DNA of 52,616 nucleotides from Candidatus Pacearchaeota archaeon (GTDB lineage Archaea; Nanobdellota; Nanobdellia; Pacearchaeales; GW2011-AR1): NCBI GenBank assembly GCA_018303825.1, contig JAGVXK010000022.1, positions 1 to 52,616 of the forward strand, read 5' to 3'. Shown piece by piece: positions 8,484 to 16,887 of this stretch (position 1 is its first letter; each line of letters starts with the position of its first letter). The notes under the pieces were generated by a model. It saw only the letters and a program-made list of their open reading frames with translations, ran no database searches and was not told where the DNA came from. The position numbers and the translations under genes were made by a program.

Positions 8484-10241
8484 TCAATCTTCTATCTGGC
8501 TGCAGGATTTTTCACCGTATAAATCAGAATCTGCATACATTACATCGCTCTTTACTTTAACGCAAGATAGCTCAAACATGAAATCATAGTTTTGTTGTCC
8601 ATCAGCAACAGCAATTTTTGATATTCCAAGATTAAGCTTGCTTTGATAGTCTTGTCCGCATGGGCTGCAGTCAAAATTATTTAGATATGGTGTCATAATT
8701 GTTGCTGCCCGTGCAAGAGTGTCTTTCAGATTTCCATTAAATGGAATAGTGAACTTATTAATTTCAGGCTCTGCATCTTTGCATTCCTCTGACTCTGGAT
8801 AATAAGCATTCATTAGAGCAATGTCTATGCTTTTTTGACATTGCATTCCTTTCCATAATGGCGAAGGAGGACACTGCCACACCCCATCAAAATCACCTGC
8901 ATAATCTCCCTCCATAAAATCAGGATATTTTGCGTCTGCTTTCAACCTGTTGGCTAAATCAGTTATTATTTTGTCTTTATTTGTATCCTTTGTCAGCCTC
9001 TCACTCCTAGACGCAGAAATAGAAGGATATCCTGCCAATTCACATATTTTTTCTATCTCACCGTTTTTTGTGCATCCGTCCCCATCAGCGAGATTCCCAT
9101 CAGCACACTGTCTTCCCAAAGCAGGAATGTTAAGTGCCAATTGGTTTGGCGCAAGGACATTTATTCCAAATGCAGCAGCATCTTTAACATTGACAAAGTT
9201 GCTTTCATATGGGTCACTTCCAGGATTAATATTTATAAATGCTTCATGACCTCCCTCCTCATCATCCAAAACTGCGCTAATTAAACTTCCATCTGTTAGG
9301 AAATATTGTTTTATGGAAACCATTGGAGCAGTTTCCCCCTCTCTGAACATTTTTATGCTCTCCGGGTTATTTAACTCATCATAACTATAATGGACTTCCA
9401 GTTTTTTCTTTGTTGGATCATCTGATTTAATTATGGTTTTTTGCAATCTTATACCTGCAAGGGTGTTCTCATAAATATTTTTGAAAATGTCTGTTTCTTC
9501 GACTAATGGCAGTCCTAAGTAAAAAGTAATTTGGGGCGGTTTTCCGCATTCGATGGGTCCATCAAGAGAGCTTACACATTCCTGGGATGCCGAAGTAAAT
9601 CCTGGGTTTGAATAACTTTCAATAAATCTTGAATTCAATAAATTAATCTCATATGGAAGATTAGGATTCAAAGCATCTCCGAGGAATAGGCTGTAATCAG
9701 CAGTAAGTTCATTTAATTTAATTTCGACTTTATCCCCGCTAAAGCTGAAGTCTGTTGTAAAATCATTTCCAGAAACACTGTCTTTTGCCTGAGTATATCT
9801 TTCATAATTATCTCTCGCATAAGAACTGCTTTCCGGTCCCGGAGGAATTACTTGATTGACTCTTCCGCTTTGGTCCAAGCCAAAGTCAACATCAAACCAA
9901 TAGCCCCTGTTGTCTAATTTAAGATAATATGTTTTTTTGTCAACTGCTCCATATCCATTGTAATGTTTTACAAATGCAGAGTTGCAATTAGATTCCCTAA
10001 CTTCATTCAGGTGGTAGCTTACTAGATTGTTTAGATTGCATTTATCTTTTCCATAATCAATAGCCAGGAAGGTTTTATCTGGGCGGAGATACACATTTGG
10101 ATTGTCTAGGCTGGGAACAGTAGAAAAAGCATTGACAAAAGCTAAATAAGATAAAATAGCAATTAAACATGCAAAAAGTAAGACCAAAGCTATCTCCATC
10201 CTGTTTTTCTCAGCTATTTTTTTTATTTTTAATTCTTTCAT
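8484..10241 (-). CDS. Secreted Cys-rich protein (585 aa), cassette 2 partner; paralog of 2654-4438
   Basis: N-terminal hydrophobic signal; CADGNLADGDGCTKNGEIEKICE...GY; starts 7 nt after the 931-aa gene ends. Confidence 0.8.
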   Translation of the reverse strand: MKELKIKKIAEKNRMEIALVLLFACLIAILSYLAFVNAFSTVPSLDNPNVYLRPDKTFLAIDYGKDKCNLNNLVSYHLNEVRESNCNSAFVKHYNGYGAVDKKTYYLKLDNRGYWFDVDFGLDQSGRVNQVIPPGPESSSYARDNYERYTQAKDSVSGNDFTTDFSFSGDKVEIKLNELTADYSLFLGDALNPNLPYEINLLNSRFIESYSNPGFTSASQECVSSLDGPIECGKPPQITFYLGLPLVEETDIFKNIYENTLAGIRLQKTIIKSDDPTKKKLEVHYSYDELNNPESIKMFREGETAPMVSIKQYFLTDGSLISAVLDDEEGGHEAFININPGSDPYESNFVNVKDAAAFGINVLAPNQLALNIPALGRQCADGNLADGDGCTKNGEIEKICELAGYPSISASRSERLTKDTNKDKIITDLANRLKADAKYPDFMEGDYAGDFDGVWQCPPSPLWKGMQCQKSIDIALMNAYYPESEECKDAEPEINKFTIPFNGNLKDTLARAATIMTPYLNNFDCSPCGQDYQSKLNLGISKIAVADGQQNYDFMFELSCVKVKSDVMYADSDLYGEKSCSQIED

Positions 10242-10248
10242 TTTGATA

Positions 10249-13044
10249 TTATTTTTCAGGATTTATTATATTTATTTTTGGTCTAGGAAATAATGTTGTA
10301 GGATTCTGTATTCTTGCATCTCTAGGCACAACAAGATTGATCCTGTATCCTGCTAATGCATCTGCCGTTGCCGTATCAATAGGGATAGAAACATCTTCAG
10401 GATTAATAGGTGCAGCAGGAGTAAGCACTGTTCCTTCTTGGCCTATTACAACAGGCTCAGCAACAGTGTCTGTTGTCCATACAACTCTAAGAGTCTGGCC
10501 GTCTCTAAAATTCGCCTCTTTGACATGCCATCCATGCTTGGACATTTCCAGTCCATCAGGAATATTGCCTATTGCTTTCAGAATAGCTTCTCTTTCAGGA
10601 AGAGTTTTCTCTAAATACCAATTAGCTAATTTGAAGTCATAACTTCCATCTCCATGATATTCATTTCTTAATTCGCTTATGTGGTATTCTTTTAATGTCT
10701 TGCTCAATTCTGAATATATTTTTTGTGTCACTCCATTAAGCACTGTATCTGCCTTGTCAAAAGACCAGACAGCATAGCGCTCCTTGGCAAAAATTCTAAG
10801 AAAACCAGAGGCAAGCACATTTCCAAGAGGTGTTTTTATTGATACTCTTAGTCCAATTACTCCTGGAGGAGCACCAATTATTGATTCTGGCGTGGATTCG
10901 GCAATTGCATTTTTTACAAGCTCTTTAGCAGATTGTGCTAATGCAGCAGCAGCTCTTGCATTTGGATCTTTGCGGCTTGCGCCTATTAAATTTTCCTGCG
11001 CTCTCACTCCAGCAATCATCTTTGCCCTCTCTGCCTCAGTTATTTTGGCGGCATCTTTTTCTGCAATTTTACGAAGTTGGTCTACCATTCTTTTCTGCGC
11101 TCTAGTAACTGCCTTTTCGACAGGTGTTGCCCCAGGGGCATAATTCTCAGCCATAAGACCAGATGCCGAGGATTTAAGCTGAGCCATCGTTGGATTGCCT
11201 GTTCTCTTGGCTGCAGCTGGTCCACCTAAAAGTACAGCAACAAACTGCGATGAATGCAAAAATAATTTATTCCCATCAATCTCTTCCCAACTTTTTAGCT
11301 GATAGCCACCATCTTTTAATACATCTTTTCTAATATCATTTGCTCCTGTAAAAACAAAATATACATATATCGCTGCACCAATCACATAACCTGCTCCAGG
11401 ATAAACAAAATTTCCTCCATGAACAGCGGCAATACTTGCCGCGCCTATTTGTGTCGCTCCTCCGGCAAATGCAAGAATCGGAGCAAGTGCTGCTTCTTCA
11501 ACACGCTTGATAAGTGATGCCTGCGTACATACAAAGTCTCCAGGAGTTGACCTGACCCAAGAAGTTTGTGTTATTTCCTTTCCGGTTTCAAGGTCAAAAT
11601 CAAAAGGAGTTTTTCCAATCTGCATAGAGAATATGTCATATCCATCAAACCCGTCTTTATTGCAGTTAAAATCATAAACTCCCAAAGGACACATAGCATC
11701 AGTTACTAATGAGAGAGGATGAACAGTCCATGCTCTGTAATGTTGATAATCAGGATCTTCCGGTTGGGTAATCCATCCAAGAAGAGGAATATCTTTAAAT
11801 GAAGTTGGGTTCGGACTCCCAGAAGGTATGCCAAGCTTGTACTTCTTATCGTCATCTTCCACTCTATCATCGCAGTCTGGGAAAGATTTGGAAATTTGAT
11901 ATTGCTTTGCAGCCAATTCATTTTCATCTGTCGCAACTTTATATTTTGTAGACCATTTTGGAATGCTGAGGTCACTGGCTATTTGTGTTGGCCTTCCGCA
12001 GAATCCATCCCCATCGGGATCATAGCAGTATGAAGTTCCAAGTTTATTATTTTCCGCTATAGAATATGGTCTTTTAAGGTAATTTTCAGGCCAATCAAAA
12101 ATTGGAAAATCATCTGTCAATTGATCAGGAAAATAAATATCCTCTTCAAATTTGCATGAAGGATCATCCACATCTGCGAATCCAAGGGTAAATCCATTAT
12201 AATTAAATTTAACTTTCACATTCTCATGAGTGACATATTCAACTGGGAGCAAATAATAGCTGTAAGGAAACGTTTCAATAAGCGGCTTTGGTTCAGAATT
12301 GCCCGCATTATCTGCACATTTATCTTTCTTAACGCACTTTGTCTCCCACTTCCATTTCTTGCACTCTCCATTCAGACAATCTGCATTGACATGACAAAAT
12401 TGCCCGATATTAGTTCCTGCAGAACAAAAACCATTATCTTTACTCTTCAGTTCAACAGGCATTACATCCTTCCAGAAATCATCAAATCCCAATTCTCCCC
12501 TGAAAGAATCTATAAATTGTTCCGGATAAAATTCGCTATCCCCCCCAGTATTTCTTTTTTTCCCACTCAGCTCATCATCACTTAAAGGACAGCTTGCAAG
12601 CAGCTTCTGGCTCTCAGCCATTATGTAATATATTGGAGGCGTATAAGGGTCAGAGTCATCATATATCTTTTTATACTCATAAAGCCCGCAATCTGCATTT
12701 AGTTCACTTAGCACAACAGCTTCTCTCTTTGTATTAAAAGAGTAAAGTTTTTGGAATGGAATCCCTCCTGGTTTGTATATATATAAGTTATATTTTTTAA
12801 TTTTGCAATGGCACAAGTTTCCGTCATCAGCATCTATTACACATCCAGCTCTGCATTGCTCTTCATTCTTTTTTGCATAATCCAGATTTGAGCTTTCCAA
12901 ATATCTTTCATAGATACCATAACTGACTGCTCTCTCATAATTTCTGCATGTTTTTTCTGCAGAAACATTATTCATATTTATTATCAAAAGAATTAACGCA
13001 AAACAAACCAAAATTAAAACAAATAAACCTCTTTTATTCACCAT
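10249..13044 (-). CDS. Large secreted protein (931 aa), paralog of the 1108-aa protein over the N-terminal ~500 aa with an unrelated C-terminus; candidate polymorphic toxin
   Basis: Signal NKRGLFVLILVCF; shares NYERAV, SFRGE, KKDKCAD, YCYDxDGDGFCG, YDFNCNKD and TPFDxDLxTG blocks; Gly/Ala-rich hydrophobic segment; different C-terminal domain. Confidence 0.8.
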   Translation of the reverse strand: MVNKRGLFVLILVCFALILLIINMNNVSAEKTCRNYERAVSYGIYERYLESSNLDYAKKNEEQCRAGCVIDADDGNLCHCKIKKYNLYIYKPGGIPFQKLYSFNTKREAVVLSELNADCGLYEYKKIYDDSDPYTPPIYYIMAESQKLLASCPLSDDELSGKKRNTGGDSEFYPEQFIDSFRGELGFDDFWKDVMPVELKSKDNGFCSAGTNIGQFCHVNADCLNGECKKWKWETKCVKKDKCADNAGNSEPKPLIETFPYSYYLLPVEYVTHENVKVKFNYNGFTLGFADVDDPSCKFEEDIYFPDQLTDDFPIFDWPENYLKRPYSIAENNKLGTSYCYDPDGDGFCGRPTQIASDLSIPKWSTKYKVATDENELAAKQYQISKSFPDCDDRVEDDDKKYKLGIPSGSPNPTSFKDIPLLGWITQPEDPDYQHYRAWTVHPLSLVTDAMCPLGVYDFNCNKDGFDGYDIFSMQIGKTPFDFDLETGKEITQTSWVRSTPGDFVCTQASLIKRVEEAALAPILAFAGGATQIGAASIAAVHGGNFVYPGAGYVIGAAIYVYFVFTGANDIRKDVLKDGGYQLKSWEEIDGNKLFLHSSQFVAVLLGGPAAAKRTGNPTMAQLKSSASGLMAENYAPGATPVEKAVTRAQKRMVDQLRKIAEKDAAKITEAERAKMIAGVRAQENLIGASRKDPNARAAAALAQSAKELVKNAIAESTPESIIGAPPGVIGLRVSIKTPLGNVLASGFLRIFAKERYAVWSFDKADTVLNGVTQKIYSELSKTLKEYHISELRNEYHGDGSYDFKLANWYLEKTLPEREAILKAIGNIPDGLEMSKHGWHVKEANFRDGQTLRVVWTTDTVAEPVVIGQEGTVLTPAAPINPEDVSIPIDTATADALAGYRINLVVPRDARIQNPTTLFPRPKINIINPEK

Positions 13045-13085
13045 TTTGTCTTAATTTAACTAGTTTTTTCAATATTTAATAATTA

Positions 13086-13946
13086 TTATTGCAAAGAAAT
13101 GCATGCTCCCTGGTTGCATCTGCAATTTACATTAACAATTTCATGCTTCTCCTTATTGCATGTTTGCTCTGCCAGTGTTTCTGCATTTAGACAAACATCT
13201 GCTGCACTTACTGTAATTAAGCAATCTTCGCTAATTTCTTCATTCTTGCAATTATCAAATAAAACAACAACAAGTCCTGCTTGTCCTTGCTGTCCTTCAA
13301 TCGGAATTTCCCTTCCTTGTTCACCTATCGCGTCTGAATCAACACAATATTCCTTCGCATTCTCTCCCTGCCCACCAGGTCCTCCTCCGTCTGCGCCTCC
13401 TCCACCAGTGCCTTCACCCCCACCAATTCCTCCACCACCTTTGCCGCCGCTCGGAGAAACCTCCCTTCCCGGAATGTTTTGACTGGTGCTTTGCTGGCTG
13501 ATAATTTCCTTTCCATTCAGATTAAATATAGGAGTCACAGTTATCAAAGCTATATCTCCTAGATTTGAACCCTTGTAATCTATGTTTGCAGTTTTTGACT
13601 CTAATTCACCTATTGTTAGGTTTTGCCTGAAGGTAACAATATTTCCATTAATATCCTCCAAAGAGATAATAACTCCTACAACATTTGCATTCCCTCCAGC
13701 TTCTCTTTTGACATTAACATCTAATGTTTTGGCAGTCTCATTAAGATTATAATTTTGTATAACAAAACTTGTTGCCAAGCCTAACTGTTGTTGTTCTACT
13801 CTTTCTGCATTTTGTTGCAACACAGGCCTGATAAAATTATAAACAACTACTACAATAGCAATAACCACTAAAACAATTATTAAAGTAGTGATTATCCCGG
13901 AAATTCCCTTTTTGTTTTTTCTTTGTATTCTTGGTTTATTTCTCAT
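13086..13946 (-). CDS. Archaeal pilin-like protein (class III signal peptide) with poly-Gly linker and Cys-rich C-terminus
   Basis: KKG|ISGIITTLIIVLVVIAIVVVVY after a basic leader; GGKGGGGIGGGEGTGGGG linker. Confidence 0.7.
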   Translation of the reverse strand: MRNKPRIQRKNKKGISGIITTLIIVLVVIAIVVVVYNFIRPVLQQNAERVEQQQLGLATSFVIQNYNLNETAKTLDVNVKREAGGNANVVGVIISLEDINGNIVTFRQNLTIGELESKTANIDYKGSNLGDIALITVTPIFNLNGKEIISQQSTSQNIPGREVSPSGGKGGGGIGGGEGTGGGGADGGGPGGQGENAKEYCVDSDAIGEQGREIPIEGQQGQAGLVVVLFDNCKNEEISEDCLITVSAADVCLNAETLAEQTCNKEKHEIVNVNCRCNQGACISLQ

Positions 13947-14011
13947 CTTTTTCTCTATTTACCTACCATCTTCCCCATTTATATTTTTATCATATTTTTT
14001 CATAATTATTT

Positions 14012-16228
14012 TTATGCAATTTTAACATTATCATCAACCATCTGGCAGAACTGATCTACTCCTCCAAATGGACTCTTTAATGGATTTCCTCTGTCATCAA
14101 TACCATTAGCTAAATCGTTCTTTCCATCTCCCTGATAGCCTGAAACATAACATTCCTTTACAACAGGACCTTTTTCATTTTTTGGCAATGGACCTACATA
14201 GAATTTAACATTTCCTATATCAACTGCTACTATTTCTATATGGCCATTCAATGGCTTGCCTGCCAATGTATTTAATGAAGTTAAAGGCGTGCAAAAATCA
14301 GGATATATTTTACCAGTTGTTGTGAAACTGCCATCTGTGAATTCTATAGGAGATAATGTTTCTGTTCCGCCGGCCTCGCTCAAAGTTATTGCCCCGTCTA
14401 TAATTGCACCCTTAGGCAATTTAGCAACTTTCCAATTTGAATTGTAATCTAAACATACCTGTATATCATTCTGCCCTGTTGTTGTAAAGTCGACTCCCCA
14501 GGTATTAGCCATCGTTTTCTTAACTTCAAACAACATATCCCCATTTGTTGCCTGGAAATGTCCCATACAATCATTGTCAATGTCATCCGCCACCTCTCCC
14601 GCAACTCCTGGACTCTGACAATAAGCACATTTAGCATTATCTGGAATGCCATTATTGTTTGTGTCCTCTGTGCAAAAGACCCCGCCATATGCCCCAAGCC
14701 ATGTTGGATATCTCCATTCCCAAGAAGATCCATAAAAACGATGACCTGTCCAATACCAATCAGGAACAGGGCAATCCCCTCCGAGTTCATTTTTCTGGTC
14801 ATTTGGGTCATCATTGCAATCTCTTTTATTTTTTCCCATGTAATTTTCGAGAAATGCAGCATCATTTATTGCCCCATCAACATCCAGGTCGCATAATCTT
14901 TTTCCATCAAGATAATCTCCTCCGACAAGCAGAGAATCTATACCTTTAACTCCAGGATCCCCATCATCGCAATCATATGGTTTTTTATCATCATATAATG
15001 AATTATCTCCAAATTCAGGCTTAGTTTGAAAAATATTATCTGGCTGCTTGCCAATAAATGGCACCTTTGGGTCGCAATTATCATATCCATCTTCATCTGA
15101 ATCAACGCACGGTTTGGAACAATCACCTGAGCAGCCAGTAGATTGCTTTTCACCTTCCCTGATAACAAAAGTCCTGGTTTTGCAATCAGTATCAGCTTCT
15201 CCAGTCAAAACATTTACTTTTCCAGAACATAGACTTTCATCTGTTGTGCAGTCTGTTCCATCAATGCAGTATTTTCCATTATCGCAAGCGTCTTGGAGTG
15301 CATTTTTCATACGATAATTGTCTGGATATTTCTGTATCTGGCCATTTTTGATTCTAACCTCATTATTTATTAATTTGTCCCCGCAGAAATTTTCCTTGCA
15401 ATCTGCAGTGCATCTTCCCAAACCAAGAGCATTAGGAGTGCAAGTAGCAACATAATCTTCTCCAGGAGTGCCTTGGACGAATGGGGGAACGAGAGATGCT
15501 TGGCACTCTTCAGGCATTGTTGACCCAGAAGTTATTACTCCTGTGCATGAATCTCCTATGTAAATACCTTCTAATAAATAGGAGTAGGAACCTCCTACCA
15601 AAAGTGAGGCGACGCATTTTTTTCCCAAATCACATTGCTCACCATTTGTCCCTTCTGCTATTCCGTTACCGCAGCAATTTGTGTCTGAGGGTATAAATGC
15701 ATTAATTACAGGGAAAAAGGGAAGCATTACAGGGCCAACAGTAACAGGATAGCTTTTCCCTGCTTCCACATCGCCAAAACTTTGGAAAGTGCTCCCATCA
15801 AGCGGTAGGGAAAAGTCATGGCAAGTTCCACCTATGCAAACATGCATAACTTCTTCGGCAACATCATCATCCAATAAAGGATCGTTTAAACAATCAGTAT
15901 GATACCAAGCACTGGCTGTGAGGGGTCCAGTGGCTCCAGGTGTGAGAGTTCCAATCCACGTGTCTGTTGAAACACATTCCTGAGGATGATAATTCATGCA
16001 TTGAATATCATAGGGCATACAACATCCAGGCGGGAAATTCGGCGCGGTGCACATTTGTGGGGGTGGGGGCGGCGGATTAGATGGGCTCAGTCCTATAGTG
16101 AACTCATCAAAACTGCCAGCACATTGCCTGGAAGCACTAACAGATGTTAAGGATAAAATTATAAGAAGAAACGAAAGAATTCCAAGCGCAACAATCAAAC
16201 TTATAATGCTCTTTTTAACCACTTTCAT
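14012..16228 (-). CDS. Secreted Cys/Asp-rich surface protein with DUF4215-like and MopE-like metal-binding motifs
   Basis: ATG 16228 preceded by GGAGG; signal peptide; PPPPPP linker; CCGNGIAE...EQCDLG, CVDSDEDGYDNCD, YDCDDGDP, EVADDIDNDCMG. Confidence 0.75.
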   Translation of the reverse strand: MKVVKKSIISLIVALGILSFLLIILSLTSVSASRQCAGSFDEFTIGLSPSNPPPPPPQMCTAPNFPPGCCMPYDIQCMNYHPQECVSTDTWIGTLTPGATGPLTASAWYHTDCLNDPLLDDDVAEEVMHVCIGGTCHDFSLPLDGSTFQSFGDVEAGKSYPVTVGPVMLPFFPVINAFIPSDTNCCGNGIAEGTNGEQCDLGKKCVASLLVGGSYSYLLEGIYIGDSCTGVITSGSTMPEECQASLVPPFVQGTPGEDYVATCTPNALGLGRCTADCKENFCGDKLINNEVRIKNGQIQKYPDNYRMKNALQDACDNGKYCIDGTDCTTDESLCSGKVNVLTGEADTDCKTRTFVIREGEKQSTGCSGDCSKPCVDSDEDGYDNCDPKVPFIGKQPDNIFQTKPEFGDNSLYDDKKPYDCDDGDPGVKGIDSLLVGGDYLDGKRLCDLDVDGAINDAAFLENYMGKNKRDCNDDPNDQKNELGGDCPVPDWYWTGHRFYGSSWEWRYPTWLGAYGGVFCTEDTNNNGIPDNAKCAYCQSPGVAGEVADDIDNDCMGHFQATNGDMLFEVKKTMANTWGVDFTTTGQNDIQVCLDYNSNWKVAKLPKGAIIDGAITLSEAGGTETLSPIEFTDGSFTTTGKIYPDFCTPLTSLNTLAGKPLNGHIEIVAVDIGNVKFYVGPLPKNEKGPVVKECYVSGYQGDGKNDLANGIDDRGNPLKSPFGGVDQFCQMVDDNVKIA

Positions 16229-16646
16229 ATCCTCCAAAATTCTTTATACACGATTGATAGGCAAGATTGCTTTCAACATTAAAGCAATAATTTACTTTGT
16301 TTTTTTCAGAGAATTTTAACCAGCATAAATCACTCATCTCAACTACAATTAAGCCGGAATCAGCAGAGGTATAATTATATAAGGAATCATCAAAACTTAA
16401 ATAACAATATCTTTCATTTTCTAATTCTAAGTTTACAGACAATTTGCAAAACTGCCTTTCTCCAATATAAGCTACATCATCACATGCAAAAGCATTTTTT
16501 TCTTGTAAGGCTCTTGCTGTTGTTTCCTCTGAAGTTTCATTTATATAAATTACATTTGAAGCTTTCTTTCCATTAAGAATAAAGAAAAGGGCAAGCGCGA
16601 CTATTATTATAACCCCAATAACAGCAAAAATAAGCTTTTTATCCAT
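16215..16646 (-). CDS. Small membrane-anchored Cys-rich protein
   Basis: N-terminal TM LIFAVIGVIIIVALALFFIL; regularly spaced Cys; overlaps the start of the next gene. Confidence 0.65.
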   Translation of the reverse strand: MDKKLIFAVIGVIIIVALALFFILNGKKASNVIYINETSEETTARALQEKNAFACDDVAYIGERQFCKLSVNLELENERYCYLSFDDSLYNYTSADSGLIVVEMSDLCWLKFSEKNKVNYCFNVESNLAYQSCIKNFGGYESG

Positions 16647-16887
16647 ACTCCTTTTTCTTTGTATTTTACCTCTTCAATTATATAGAATGCCGATATATAA
16701 AGATTATTAGCCCCCCAGTTTTCTTGTTCTGCAATACCCTGTGACCTTGCCACAAGGATAAAGCAAGGCAGGAAATGAATATTAAAAGATAAAAATAATT
16801 TAACCAATATATTATCTTGCTTCGATAAAGATAAGTTGTTTATGAGATAACGATATTTTTTTCTGATGCACATTACCACAAGGTTTT

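Noticed and set aside
435-16319. Numerous plus-strand ORFs of 60-130 aa opposite the large minus-strand genes
   Set aside because: Antisense shadows of long, motif-bearing ORFs; no recognisable motifs or start signals.
16607-16879. 90-aa minus-strand ORF downstream of the primase
   Set aside because: GTG/ATG context is weak, it runs over the TATA box and start of the 143-aa gene, and its composition is non-coding-like.
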